A DNA stretch of 64,000 bases from Candidatus Saccharimonadia bacterium (GCA_035479295.1 DATIIV010000012.1:1010-65009), one strand, 5' to 3'; counted from the stretch's first letter, positions 36,967 to 47,164 are shown. Notes: generated by a model from the sequence alone, not told the origin. Made by a program: numbers and translations.

Positions 36967-38108
36967 AGCTCCGGCGCATCCTGGCTATCGCCCGCAAGCA
37001 GTTTTTGACCCTGCGCCACGATCCGCGCACTCTGGCCCTGATGCTGCTGGCACCGATCATGGCTATGCTGATCTTTGGGTTTGCCTTTGGCAGCGAGCCC
37101 AAGCATGTGCGGGTGATGGTAGTGAATCAGGACCACGGCGCGCTGGCCGGCCAGCTTATTGCTCAGCTCGATCACGATACGCTCAGTATTACTACTAGCA
37201 GCGACGTGGCGGCCGCCAAGGACCAGGTGCGAGCGGGCAATAGCCAGGCGGTCATTGTGTTTGGGCCGGGCTTTACGGCCGATACTTCGCCCACGGTGGT
37301 CCGGCCCAAGGCGCCGGCCGTCACGCCCGTCGTCAAGCCGCCGGCCGGCACGCATGTGCAGATCTTCATCGATACCACCAATCAACAGCTGGCCGGCGTA
37401 GTGGTCAAGGAGCTGGCGGCCGGCGCTCAGCGCTACGCGCAGGCCAAGGGCGCCGTTAGCCCCATTACCTTCGACACCAGTTACGCCTTTGTTAAGGCCA
37501 AAGACGCACGTTATATCGACTACTTTGTACCTGGCATCATCGCCTTTGCTATCACGCTCTTTACTACGCTCCTCACGCTGCTGGCCTTTGTGGGCGAGCG
37601 CACCTCGGGCACACTCGACCGGCTGCGTGTCACGCCCGTCACCGAGGTTGAGATCGTGCTGGGCTACGAGCTTGCCTTTGGCCTCATTGCGGCGGTGCAG
37701 GGCGGGCTTATTCTGCTGGTAGCCTACTTGGTTTACCATATTTTAATTGTGGGACCGGTGGCCACCGCAGCCATTCTGGTGGTCCTCACCGCCATCGACG
37801 CCCAGGCCGTCGGCGTCCTCATCTCGGCGGCGGCGCGGCGCGAGAGCCAGGCCGTGCAGTTTTTGCCGTTTATTATCTTTCCCACCTTCTTGCTCTCGGG
37901 TGTGTTTGTAGCGGTGCAGAGCCTGCCCGACTGGCTGCGGCCGTTCTCGTACCTACTGCCTCCCACCTGGGCCATCGACGGCCTGCGCGACGTGCTGCTG
38001 CGCGGCTGGGGCATCGAGCACGTTTGGCCGCATGTGCTGGTGCTGGCTGGCTTTGCGATTGGTTTTACGCTCCTGGCAGTCCTAGGGTTACGCCGGTCAC
38101 GTGCCTAG
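36963..38108 (+). CDS. ABC-2 type transporter permease
   Basis: 6 TM with an extracytoplasmic loop after TM1. It overlaps the ATPase stop (ATGA). Confidence 0.7.
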   Translation: MKLRRILAIARKQFLTLRHDPRTLALMLLAPIMAMLIFGFAFGSEPKHVRVMVVNQDHGALAGQLIAQLDHDTLSITTSSDVAAAKDQVRAGNSQAVIVFGPGFTADTSPTVVRPKAPAVTPVVKPPAGTHVQIFIDTTNQQLAGVVVKELAAGAQRYAQAKGAVSPITFDTSYAFVKAKDARYIDYFVPGIIAFAITLFTTLLTLLAFVGERTSGTLDRLRVTPVTEVEIVLGYELAFGLIAAVQGGLILLVAYLVYHILIVGPVATAAILVVLTAIDAQAVGVLISAAARRESQAVQFLPFIIFPTFLLSGVFVAVQSLPDWLRPFSYLLPPTWAIDGLRDVLLRGWGIEHVWPHVLVLAGFAIGFTLLAVLGLRRSRA

Positions 38109-38158
38109 AGTAGGCAGCTTTTAGTAATCCTTGCCTATACGAGGCGCTCGCGGCTTAG

Positions 38159-38164
38159 TACAAT
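38159..38164 (+). promoter_or_regulatory. -10 box TACAAT 6 nt upstream of ATG 38171 (leaderless)
   Basis: Sequence is ttagTACAATgcggctATGgag. Confidence 0.4.
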
Positions 38165-38170
38165 GCGGCT

Positions 38171-39361
38171 ATGGAGAAATTTCTGCTCGATCGATTGCTG
38201 CGCCGACTCCGCCAAGGTGGCGTAAAGATTCGCTATTGGGATGGCGATGAGCGGGTATACGGCCCCGCCAGGCCCTATCTCACTATTCATTATAAGAGCC
38301 CGGCGGCGGTGCGGGGTGTCATCAAGAATTTGTCCTTGGGCCTGGGCGAGGGTTATATGAATGGTCTCATCGACTTTGACGGCCCGATCGCTAAGCTGAT
38401 CCAACTGGGCGATGAGAACACTGCCGCTGTGGCTGGGTTTTCGCTAAAGGCGCTGACGAGCCGACCCCAACGGAACCATAAATCGGCCCAGGCCCGGCAG
38501 ATCCAGCACCATTACGACCTGGGCAACGATTTTTATCGGCTCTGGCTCGACCGGTCGCTCACCTACAGCTGCGCCTACTTTGCCACGCCCGCTGATGATC
38601 TGGAGGCCGCCCAGCAGCACAAGCTCGATCATGTATTGCGCAAACTACAGCTGCAGTCCGGCCAGCGGCTGCTCGACATCGGTTCGGGCTGGGGCGGGCT
38701 GCTGATAGCGGCGGCGCAGCGGTATGGCGCCACCGGCCTGGGCATTACGCTCAGCCGCGAGCAGCTGGCCGGCGCTCGCCAGGCTGCCGCCAAGGCTGGC
38801 GTGGCCGACCGCGTCACCTTTGAGCTCATGAACTACCAGGACTTGGCGGCCACCAGCCAGCGCTTCGACCGCATCGTTAGTGTTGGCATGTACGAGCACG
38901 TGGGTCGTCACAATCATGCTAGCTACTTTGCGGCCGTTGACCGGCTCCTAGCAGACGGCGGCCTAACGGTGCTGCATACCATCTCACAGCAGCAGGAGCT
39001 GCCCAACGACCCGTGGATCGATCGCTATATCTTTCCCGGCGGCTATCTGCCTACCATCGCTGGCACGGTGGCGTACGCTACCAATCACAACTTTCGCCTG
39101 CTCGATTACGAGAACCTGCGCCTGCACTACGCGCTCACGCTCGAGGCCTGGTTGAATAGATTTGAGTCTCACAGTAGCCAAATTAAGGCCATGTATGATG
39201 AACGATTTGTACGCATGTGGCGATTTTACTTGAGCGTCTCGGCCGGCAGCTTTCGCTATGGCGGGCTCGATCTATCGCAGTTTGTCTTTAGTAAAGGCCG
39301 ACGCAACGACCTGCCGCTGACCCGCGACTTCTTGTACCAGCCCGACCACGAGGCGCTATAA
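38171..39361 (+). CDS. cyclopropane-fatty-acyl-phospholipid synthase family SAM-dependent methyltransferase
   Basis: HYDLGNDFYRLWLD..LTYSCAYF and LLDIGSGWGGL. Confidence 0.75.
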   Translation: MEKFLLDRLLRRLRQGGVKIRYWDGDERVYGPARPYLTIHYKSPAAVRGVIKNLSLGLGEGYMNGLIDFDGPIAKLIQLGDENTAAVAGFSLKALTSRPQRNHKSAQARQIQHHYDLGNDFYRLWLDRSLTYSCAYFATPADDLEAAQQHKLDHVLRKLQLQSGQRLLDIGSGWGGLLIAAAQRYGATGLGITLSREQLAGARQAAAKAGVADRVTFELMNYQDLAATSQRFDRIVSVGMYEHVGRHNHASYFAAVDRLLADGGLTVLHTISQQQELPNDPWIDRYIFPGGYLPTIAGTVAYATNHNFRLLDYENLRLHYALTLEAWLNRFESHSSQIKAMYDERFVRMWRFYLSVSAGSFRYGGLDLSQFVFSKGRRNDLPLTRDFLYQPDHEAL

Positions 39362-39385
39362 TACCACCAGACCTGACGGATCTTT

Positions 39386-39961
39386 ATGGACGAGCTCTAC
39401 AGCCCCAGCCAAAATACCTACCTGGAGCGCCACTTTAGCAAGGCGCCCAATTACGTGGCGGCTAGCGTCATGGCCATCGATTACGACCGGCTGTTTGCGG
39501 CCGGCATTCGGCATCTGGTGTTCGACGTCGATAACACGCTGGTGTCGTACGGCGAGCCGGTGCTGCAAGGGCCGATGCTGGAGTTTTTGAAGCAGCTTAA
39601 GGCTCGGCCCGAGGTTCACACATTGCGCCTGGCCAGCAATAGCCGGCGCGATCTGAGTACCTTTGGCATTGGTCTGGGCATCGACGTTATTAAACCCTGG
39701 CGCCTCAGCTTTAAGCCGCTGCCGTCGTTTTATCGGCGAATTTTGGCTAATATTGGGCCCAATATCGACCCTAAAACCGTGGCCATGGTGGGCGATAAGC
39801 TGATTCAGGACGTGTGGGGCGCCAACTACGCCGGCATGACCACGGTGCTGGTGCAGCCGCTGGGCCGTGATTTTTGGCTCGATCGACTGCTGGGCTCGCG
39901 TAGGCGCGAGCGACGGTTGCTGCGCAAATACTTGCCGCACCATATTGAGGCGTGGTTTTAG
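39386..39961 (+). CDS. HAD-superfamily phosphatase, YqeG-like (subfamily IIIA)
   Basis: FDVDNTLV (DxDxT) and ..MVGDKLIQDV... Confidence 0.6.
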   Translation: MDELYSPSQNTYLERHFSKAPNYVAASVMAIDYDRLFAAGIRHLVFDVDNTLVSYGEPVLQGPMLEFLKQLKARPEVHTLRLASNSRRDLSTFGIGLGIDVIKPWRLSFKPLPSFYRRILANIGPNIDPKTVAMVGDKLIQDVWGANYAGMTTVLVQPLGRDFWLDRLLGSRRRERRLLRKYLPHHIEAWF

Positions 39962-40623
39962 GCGCCGAGTCGGCGCGCTAGGGTGGGGAGGCCGTCGCCG
40001 GCCAGGCGCGGCAGGCTGGCGCGGCGGCCGCCCAGAGCCAACAGCAGATCCTGCGCCGCGCCACGCACCAGCGGCCCGCGGCCGTAGCGCCAGCCGATAT
40101 CGTCGGCCGCCAGCGACAGCCCGCGGATCAGCCGCGTGGTGCCAGCCAGCCGCTCGCTCAGGCTCAGCGGCGACGGTCGCCAGTGCTTAAACACCAGCTC
40201 CAACACTGGCCGCTCAATCGTGTGCGGCCGCTCGAGCGGAATCGCAATGTCCTGCCAGTGGATCAGCAGGTCGCTCAGCACGTGCACTGGCTTTACCAGA
40301 ATCGGCGTAACTTGCTTGGGGATATCTTCGCGCAATAAACCGAGCAGCATCTCAGGGTCGTTGCGGCCCAGCTCTACCGCGGCGCGCTGCATAAAGACGT
40401 TAAAACTCAGCCCACTCTGCACAAATCCGGGCAGCGAACCCAGCGGTGAGTAGCGCGACTCCAAGATGATATGCGCCACCACGTGCCGCACCTGCCAGCC
40501 GTCGCAGAGCGAGTCGTGATTCCAGGCTTTGGCCGGCAACGCTTGCAAATAATCGAGGAGCTGTTGACGCTGCTGGGCGGTGGCCTGCCATATCGGAATA
40601 TCGCTAGAAGAGGTTTGAGGCAT
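39958..40623 (-). CDS. maleylpyruvate-isomerase N-terminal (MDMPI_N/DinB_2, mycothiol-type) domain protein
   Basis: ..WNHDSLCDGWQVRHVVAHI... TATAAT lies 7 nt upstream of ATG 40623, suggesting a leaderless transcript. The longer ORF to 40659 is probably an over-extension. Confidence 0.5.
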   Translation of the reverse strand: MPQTSSSDIPIWQATAQQRQQLLDYLQALPAKAWNHDSLCDGWQVRHVVAHIILESRYSPLGSLPGFVQSGLSFNVFMQRAAVELGRNDPEMLLGLLREDIPKQVTPILVKPVHVLSDLLIHWQDIAIPLERPHTIERPVLELVFKHWRPSPLSLSERLAGTTRLIRGLSLAADDIGWRYGRGPLVRGAAQDLLLALGGRRASLPRLAGDGLPTLARRLGA

Positions 40624-40790
40624 AGGGTGCATTATACGGCTTTTTGGCGGCTTATCCAATTGACAAATGTTCTCATTAAGGCATAATTGCTTACCATGGG
40701 AGCCCCGCGCGGCCTGATCGCCGGTTGCACTCAGCAGACTTGAAACACATCCCCATGTTCCCCGTCTCGTGAAAGGATGGTGGCAAGATA

Positions 40791-41459
40791 ATGACCAGAT
40801 CGGAGCTGCTTTATAGCAGTGTAACGCCGCCGCCGGCCAGTGAACGGCTGGAGGCTGCCGGTGCGCAGGCCTTAGCGCTCGTCAAGCGAGCGCTGCCTGG
40901 CCTCAAGGCCGCCGGTCAGTCTGACTCGTCGGTGTCGAGGGAGATCGCCTGCTCACACTCGCGGAGCGGAGCCCATGGCTGGCTCCAGTTCATCATCGGC
41001 GGCCAGTGCGAGATCACGCTCCTGCACGACAAGATCGTCTCGCTGAGCTGGTGCCCGGACCCATCTCGACCCGACGAGATCTCGCTGGGCTGGCGCGGTG
41101 ACCTCCTGATTGGCCTTGAGGTGCTCGGCCGAAGCCTGACCCTGTTCGATGAGCCGAGCACCCGACTCGGCCAGACCAAGTACCGGCCGGTCCGTCGCCT
41201 GGGCTGGACCGATGCGGCGGGAGATTGGCGTGAGGTCGAAGACGCCAGCGAGGCTCAGATCCTGCGGCTTGTCGACCAGCTTCGGGCGCAGTCACCGGCG
41301 CTGCAATCCCTACTCCAGTCGTTCTGCCCGCCCGAGCCGGTCGTGGCTCCCGCTCGGCCGTCGCCGGGCAGGGTGGCCAAGATCGTCAATGCCCGGCGCC
41401 GCCAGTTGCCAGTCAATCCGCCGCCGTCGAACTGGCCGGAGCACTCGGCCGTCGCTTAG
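40791..41459 (+). CDS. hypothetical protein (222 aa)
   Basis: Clean ORF with no motif. Confidence 0.4.
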   Translation: MTRSELLYSSVTPPPASERLEAAGAQALALVKRALPGLKAAGQSDSSVSREIACSHSRSGAHGWLQFIIGGQCEITLLHDKIVSLSWCPDPSRPDEISLGWRGDLLIGLEVLGRSLTLFDEPSTRLGQTKYRPVRRLGWTDAAGDWREVEDASEAQILRLVDQLRAQSPALQSLLQSFCPPEPVVAPARPSPGRVAKIVNARRRQLPVNPPPSNWPEHSAVA

Positions 41460-41650
41460 GCGCAGCGGTGAATCGCGGCCAATTTGCCAGGACACGGATG
41501 TGGCCTCTTCCCTGCGCTGAATCACCGATCAGCTCGGCGCAGGGAAGCCCACCCCAAGATTTCAACTCAATTTGAAGTTTTAGGCTGGGCTTATCGCATT
41601 GACAGCGCTGGCCGATACCGGGAGTATGGAGAGCAAGGAAGTACCTACCC

Positions 41651-42361
41651 ATGAACGCCATTGAGCTCCACGGCATTACCAAAATCTATAAAACCGGCGA
41701 CGAAGATACCGCGGCGCTGCAGGGCGTCGACTTGACGGTTAAAAAAGGTGAGTTTGTGGCCATTATGGGTCCGTCGGGCTCGGGCAAATCAACGCTGATG
41801 CACATTATTGGCCTGCTCGACCGACCAACTGCCGGCGTTTATCGCCTCGATGGCCAGGATGTCAGTACGCTGACCAAACGCAAGCAGGCGCAGATTCGCA
41901 ATCGCGAGATCGGCTTTGTGTTTCAGCAGTTTAACCTGCTGCCGCGGGCCTCGGTGCTCGAGAACGTGCTGCTGCCAACGCTGTACGGCAAGATCGACGA
42001 GCCCGTTAAGCAGGCCAAGCGACTGATCGAGCAGGTGGGTCTGGGCGACCGCCTCAACAACCGCAGCAACCAGCTCTCGGGCGGCCAGGTGCAGCGGGTG
42101 GCCATTGCTCGGGCGCTGGTGATGAGCCCCACTATCATCTTGGCCGACGAGCCGACCGGCAATCTGGATAGCAAGCGCTCGGCCGAGATCATGGACCTAC
42201 TCGGCGACATTAATAAGGCCGGTGCCACCATTGTGCTGATTACCCACGAGCCGGACGTGGCGGCCTATGCCGACCGGATCGTGACCATCCGCGACGGCCA
42301 GATAGTGAGCAGCAAGGCTCCGACCCAGGCCAAGCCAGCTAAGCAGGAGGCGGCAGCATGA
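41651..42361 (+). CDS. MacB/LolD-type ABC transporter ATP-binding protein
   Basis: [25 protein letters not shown] and [11 protein letters not shown]. Confidence 0.8.
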   Translation: MNAIELHGITKIYKTGDEDTAALQGVDLTVKKGEFVAIMGPSGSGKSTLMHIIGLLDRPTAGVYRLDGQDVSTLTKRKQAQIRNREIGFVFQQFNLLPRASVLENVLLPTLYGKIDEPVKQAKRLIEQVGLGDRLNNRSNQLSGGQVQRVAIARALVMSPTIILADEPTGNLDSKRSAEIMDLLGDINKAGATIVLITHEPDVAAYADRIVTIRDGQIVSSKAPTQAKPAKQEAAA

Positions 42362-43632
42362 AGCTCTACCAAGCCATTAGGCAATCACTCAAGGCTATCT
42401 TGCGCAATAAAGGGCGAAGTTTTCTCACCATTCTCGGCATCATTATTGGCATCGGCTCGGTGATCGCGCTGATCTCGCTGGGCGCCGGCGTGCAGGCCAG
42501 CGTGAGCAGCCAGGTCTCCAAGCTGGGCGCCACCACGTTGGTGGTAACGCCGGGCGAGGGGCTGTCGCGGGCCACCGCCGGCTCATCGAGCAGCCAGTCT
42601 CGGAGCCAGCAGAGTAGTGGGGGACCCGGCGCGCGCGGCGGCGGCTTTGCTCAGGCGGCCTCGACGTTGTCGGTGGCCGACCTTACTTCGCTCCAAGACC
42701 GCGCCAAGCATCCGCACATTCAGGCTGCGGCGGGCAACGTCTCCGGCTCGGCCATCTTTACCGCCGCCGGTCAGGATCAGCGCTACACGATCTTGGGCAC
42801 GTCGCCGAGTTACTTTACGATTAATAATCTTAAGATCGCCCGGGGCCAGCTTCTGAGCGATGCCGATAGCGCCGCCAAGGTGGTGGTGCTGGGCGAGCAA
42901 TTTGCCGCTGAAGTGCTGGGCAGTACCAAGGTAGTGGGTCAGACACTGGTGATCAACGGCGATACCTACCGCATCGCTGGCGTAATGGCTAAGGCCAACG
43001 AGAGCAGCTTTGCCAACCCCAACGACGAGGCCTTTGTGCCGTACCAGGCAGCCATGGCGACCTTTGGCACGCCCACTTTTAATAGCCTGATGATCGAGGC
43101 CGACGCGCAGAGCAGTGTTGACGCTGTGAAGTCGGATATTCAGACAACGCTGCTGGCCAACCACAAGATCACCGACGCCAAGTTGGCCGATTTTAGCGTT
43201 AGTAGCGCCAAGGATCTGCTCTCGGCCATTACCCAGATTACCGGTTTGCTCACCTCGCTGCTGGCCGGCATCGCCGCCATCTCGCTGGTAGTGGGCGGCA
43301 TTGGCATCATGAACATTATGCTCGTAAGTGTGACTGAGCGGACGCGCGAGATTGGCCTGCGCAAAGCGGTGGGCGCACGCACTGCGGATATTCTGGGCCA
43401 GTTTGTGACCGAGGCCATGATGTTAACGCTTATCGGCGGACTGCTGGGTATTGGCTTGGGCAAATTGATCGGCTTGTTGGCTGCTAAAGTACTCCAGATT
43501 ACGCCGGTGATTACGCCTGGTGCGGTGCTGTTGGCTGTGGGCGTGTCGAGTGCGGTGGGCCTGGTGTTCGGGATCTACCCGGCGGCCAAGGCAGCCCGGC
43601 TCAACCCGATCGACGCACTACGCTATGAGTAA
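42358..43632 (+). CDS. FtsX/MacB-type ABC transporter permease
   Basis: N-terminal TM, a large periplasmic domain with a Ser/Gly-rich tract, and 3 C-terminal TMs (..GGIGIMNIMLVSVTERTREIGLRKAVGA..). Confidence 0.75.
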   Translation: MKLYQAIRQSLKAILRNKGRSFLTILGIIIGIGSVIALISLGAGVQASVSSQVSKLGATTLVVTPGEGLSRATAGSSSSQSRSQQSSGGPGARGGGFAQAASTLSVADLTSLQDRAKHPHIQAAAGNVSGSAIFTAAGQDQRYTILGTSPSYFTINNLKIARGQLLSDADSAAKVVVLGEQFAAEVLGSTKVVGQTLVINGDTYRIAGVMAKANESSFANPNDEAFVPYQAAMATFGTPTFNSLMIEADAQSSVDAVKSDIQTTLLANHKITDAKLADFSVSSAKDLLSAITQITGLLTSLLAGIAAISLVVGGIGIMNIMLVSVTERTREIGLRKAVGARTADILGQFVTEAMMLTLIGGLLGIGLGKLIGLLAAKVLQITPVITPGAVLLAVGVSSAVGLVFGIYPAAKAARLNPIDALRYE

Positions 43633-43722
43633 GGCTGGCCTTACGACCGAAGCGCCCCTTTCTTAAGCGATCTCTCAGCTCGGCTATGGTTTCGTAATGA
43701 GGAATCATAACAGGAGATCAAG

Positions 43723-45069
43723 GTGAGCGCAGTTGCCAGGGGCGTCCGAAACACCTTTCGGAATACGATCCGCAGCTTCTCGATTACCGCCATTCTGGCG
43801 ATTAGTATTGGCCTGGCGCTCGTTATGGTGCTGGCCATGCGGGCGGTAAATAGCCGGATTAGCAGCGTTAAAAGCTCGATTGGCAATACTATTACGGTGT
43901 CGCCGGCCGGGGCGCGGGGCTTTGAGGGTGGCGGTAATCCGCTAACGCAGGACCAGATTAACCAGGTTAAGGCTGTGGCCCACGTGGTAGCAGTTAAGGC
44001 TACGCTGAGCGACCGGCTCGATTCGAGCAGCACCAACTTGGTCTCCTCGATCGAGCCGGGACAGCTGGGGCGGCGGTTTAATCGGGGCGGGGGCGGCAAC
44101 TTCAGCGGTGGCCAGAGCGGCCAGGGCCAGCCCGGCTCGGCGCCCTTGACGCTGCCGGTCATGGTAACGGGCACCACCGACCCCACTAGCACGCAGGTAA
44201 ATGGCTCAAGCCAATTTAAGGTGATCAGCGGCGCGAGCTTTAGTGGCACCACCGACGCCAACGTGGCGCTGATCGGCTCGGCGCTGGCCACCAAGAATAA
44301 TCTCAAGACGGGCAGCACCTTTACGGCCTATGGCGCCACCGCTACCGTGGCCGGTATTTACGATGCGGGCAACCAGTTTGCTAACGCTGGCGTCATTATG
44401 CCGTTGCCGACGGTACAGCGCCTATCGCAGCAGCCGGGCGATATCACCAGCGCCATCGTGCAGGTCGACTCGATCTCTCATCTGGCCGGAGCTACCTCGG
44501 CTATTCAGTCGCAGCTGGGGGATGCGGCCGATGTGGTCTCGGCCCAGGATAATTCCAGCCAGGCGCTGGCGCCGCTGGAGAACATTAAGTCCATCTCGCT
44601 CTACAGCCTGATCGGCGCGCTGGTAGCCGGCTCGGTTATCATTTTCTTGACGATGCTGATGATTGTGCGCGAACGCCGGCGAGAGATTGGCGTGCTGAAG
44701 GCTATTGGCGCCGGCAACCTCACCATCGTGGGCCAGTTCGTCGTCGAGTCGCTGACGCTGACGTTGATGGGCGCGGTGGTTGGCACGGTGGCCGGGGCGC
44801 TGCTGAGTAATCCGGTGCTCAAGGTGCTGGCGAGCAGCAGCGCCCAGTCTGGCGCCGCCACCATGGGCGCCGGCCGTGGCTTTGGCCGGGCCGTTGGTGG
44901 TGCTCTCGTCGGGGCGCGCGGGGCGGTTACCAGCCTACAGGCTAGTGTGGGCCTCGACCTCTTGCTGTACGGCTTGCTGGCGGCCATCGCCATCGCTGTC
45001 ATTGGCAGCGCTATTCCGGCCTGGCTCATCGCCAAGGTACGACCAGCCGAAGTAATGAGGGCCGAATAA
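43723..45069 (+). CDS. FtsX/MacB-type ABC transporter permease (second copy)
   Basis: Same architecture as the first copy (..ERRREIGVLKAIGA..). Confidence 0.7.
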   Translation: MSAVARGVRNTFRNTIRSFSITAILAISIGLALVMVLAMRAVNSRISSVKSSIGNTITVSPAGARGFEGGGNPLTQDQINQVKAVAHVVAVKATLSDRLDSSSTNLVSSIEPGQLGRRFNRGGGGNFSGGQSGQGQPGSAPLTLPVMVTGTTDPTSTQVNGSSQFKVISGASFSGTTDANVALIGSALATKNNLKTGSTFTAYGATATVAGIYDAGNQFANAGVIMPLPTVQRLSQQPGDITSAIVQVDSISHLAGATSAIQSQLGDAADVVSAQDNSSQALAPLENIKSISLYSLIGALVAGSVIIFLTMLMIVRERRREIGVLKAIGAGNLTIVGQFVVESLTLTLMGAVVGTVAGALLSNPVLKVLASSSAQSGAATMGAGRGFGRAVGGALVGARGAVTSLQASVGLDLLLYGLLAAIAIAVIGSAIPAWLIAKVRPAEVMRAE

Positions 45070-45758
45070 TGCTTGAAGTTACCAAACTTACCAAAACTTT
45101 TAACTCGGGCGAGACCGCTGTCACGGCCGTATCCAACGTTAGCTTCACTATTCGCGAGGGCCAATTTGCCTCCATTATCGGCAAGAGCGGCAGCGGCAAG
45201 AGCACCTTGCTGTCGCTGCTGGGGGCGCTCGATAAGCCGACCGAAGGCGAGATAAAGGTCGACGGCCAGGTAGTTAGCCGCGGCAGTGACGCGCAATTAA
45301 CCCGCTACCGCCGCCAAAAGATCGGCTTTGTCTTTCAGGGCTACAACCTCGTACCCAACCTAACGGCGGCGGAGAATGTGATGCTGCCGATGGAGTTTGC
45401 CGGCCTACCGGCGGCCCAGCGGCGCGAGCGGGGCGAGCAGCTGCTGGAGCAGGTCGGCCTAGATGCGGCCAAGCAGCAGCGCAAGCCGGGTCGGCTGAGC
45501 GGCGGCGAGCAGCAGCGCGTAGCTATTGCTCGGGCCCTGGCCAATAAGCCCAGGCTCATTCTGGCCGACGAGCCCACCGGCAACCTAGACTCGCAGACCG
45601 GCCAGATGATCTTTGAGCTGCTGCATCAGCTGGCCCGGTCCGAGCAGACCACCATCGTGGCCGTTACCCACGACCTGTCGATCGCTGGCAAGACCGATCT
45701 GTCGTTCCGACTGCACGATGGCAAGATCACGGCCGATGTGCGGACGCTGGCGGCGTAA
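45069..45758 (+). CDS. MacB/LolD-type ABC transporter ATP-binding protein (second copy)
   Basis: [26 protein letters not shown] and [11 protein letters not shown]. Its start overlaps the permease stop. Confidence 0.8.
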   Translation: MLEVTKLTKTFNSGETAVTAVSNVSFTIREGQFASIIGKSGSGKSTLLSLLGALDKPTEGEIKVDGQVVSRGSDAQLTRYRRQKIGFVFQGYNLVPNLTAAENVMLPMEFAGLPAAQRRERGEQLLEQVGLDAAKQQRKPGRLSGGEQQRVAIARALANKPRLILADEPTGNLDSQTGQMIFELLHQLARSEQTTIVAVTHDLSIAGKTDLSFRLHDGKITADVRTLAA

Positions 45759-45845
45759 CCGGTCTGGACAAGCTGGGGGTGGGTGGGCATAATAATTTAA
45801 TCCCCTGGGCCACCCGCCCCACCGCGCCCGCCCCAAGGAGGCACC

Positions 45846-46154
45846 ATGAATCCCGCGCGTGAGCCTGGGCCGATCGAGCCCAGCGACCGCTTGGCCGGCA
45901 TCCGCCGCTGCCGCGAAGCCGGCGACACTTGCCCATTACTAGCAGGGCCGGATCGACCGCGCTGCGACACACCAACGCAGGCAGTCTGCGTTAGCTTTCG
46001 CGACGACCAGGGTCGGCCGGTTAACGCCTTGGTGGGCTGGTCGGACTCGCCGACCGAGGCTCAGCACCACGCCCACCAGCTGACTGATCCTCGATCGGGC
46101 TGCGGGCGCGTTATCACCGCCACCGTAGTGGATCAGACCGCCCGCGCTTCCTAG
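45846..46154 (+). CDS. hypothetical Cys-containing small protein (102 aa)
   Basis: AAGGAGG RBS lies 5 nt upstream. Confidence 0.35.
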   Translation: MNPAREPGPIEPSDRLAGIRRCREAGDTCPLLAGPDRPRCDTPTQAVCVSFRDDQGRPVNALVGWSDSPTEAQHHAHQLTDPRSGCGRVITATVVDQTARAS

Positions 46155-46402
46155 CCCACGCCACTCGGGCCCGGTGCTTCAGTGCCGGGCCCTCAATCTG
46201 GGCAGATGTAAACATTTATGTCAGATCGACTATGCTAAATAAGGCTTACTTGAGTGGCGTAAGTCAGGACATGGGCGATTCCACCTCGCGAAGAGAGCAG
46301 CTATCGTCATGAAGAAGCTCGTCCTCACCGTCTACAATGGGGCAAATGTCGTAGTGAAACCCAGCCACGAGATAGAGCTGGTTGACATAATCAAACAGAT
46401 CG

Positions 46403-46690
46403 TTGGCTGCTTGGCAGAGCGCTTGGCTGAGTCGATTCGTGGTAAGTGCCAGCGACCAGCGCTTGCTGGTTGAGCTAGCCGAGCCAGAGCGGGAGAGGAT
46501 TCTGTGCAAGCTCCCCCAAGAGCGGAATGACATCTTTCTCGTCGAAGTCATCTCGCACCTCTTTGATCGTTCGCCCAAGGCTACCTCGCTCGAGTATATC
46601 GGCGAGTCGCAGTTTTCGACGTTTATTGAGCTCCTGGTGCAGGACTACAGCCAGAGCGATCGTCGCACTGAAGCTGCCACGCTGCTGTAA
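46403..46690 (+). CDS. hypothetical protein in AT-rich patch (possibly fragment of a disrupted gene)
   Basis: An adjacent 57-aa ORF (46309-46482) lies in another frame. A strong terminator follows this ORF. Confidence 0.25.
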   Translation: MAAWQSAWLSRFVVSASDQRLLVELAEPERERILCKLPQERNDIFLVEVISHLFDRSPKATSLEYIGESQFSTFIELLVQDYSQSDRRTEAATLL

Positions 46691-46699
46691 ACTGGCCTG

Positions 46700-46739
46700 T
46701 AGCCCGGAAGAGACAGCTTTGACCGTCTCTTCCGGGCTA
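46700..46739. terminator. bidirectional hairpin terminator
   Basis: tAGCCCGGAAGAGACagctttgaccGTCTCTTCCGGGCTa forms a 15-bp perfect stem between convergent genes. Confidence 0.55.
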
Positions 46740-46747
46740 TCAAAGCC

Positions 46748-47164
46748 TTAAAGCTTAGTCAGGCTCACTACTTTAATCGTCTTCGTAATGTTGTACTTAG
46801 TGTCGCTCGGTGCTGCCTCAAAGGTGCCAGTGACGCGCACATGGCTGCCGTTCACAGTGGCGACTGCCGGAGCGTTTATTAAGCCATAATCTTGACCCTG
46901 ATCGTCTTGGAGACCAATGGCGCACTCTTCTGTTTGCGGACCCGTCGTGTCTTTGTGGGGCAGGCACACGATGGTGCCATCGATGGTGCGCGTGGTATCG
47001 GGCGACTGCAAGCCGGGCGTGGGCGTGGCACCGATCTGCGCTGGCCTGAGGTGTGGCCAGAGGTAGAGGCCGAGACCCAGGAGCACGATGATCCCGGCTG
47101 CTACCAGTCCTAATTGAGTATAGTTGAACTGGGGACGATTGGGAGTAGGAGTTGGTTTAGTCAT
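46748..47164 (-). CDS. hypothetical membrane-anchored protein
   Basis: The probable start is at MTKPTPTPNRPQFNYTQLGLVAAGIIVLLG. A TATAAT lies immediately upstream. The start coordinate is approximate to within 1 nt, because my reading of this stretch disagrees by one base with the ORF track frame. Confidence 0.4.
   Translation of the reverse strand: MTKPTPTPNRPQFNYTQLGLVAAGIIVLLGLGLYLWPHLRPAQIGATPTPGLQSPDTTRTIDGTIVCLPHKDTTGPQTEECAIGLQDDQGQDYGLINAPAVATVNGSHVRVTGTFEAAPSDTKYNITKTIKVVSLTKL

Noticed and set aside
36945-37739. 264-aa - strand ORF
   Set aside because: It is antisense to the ABC-2 permease gene and has no RBS.
46264-46578. 104-aa - strand ORF
   Set aside because: It is antisense to the + strand ORFs in the AT-rich patch. 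The + strand ORF ends right at a terminator, so that orientation is favoured.
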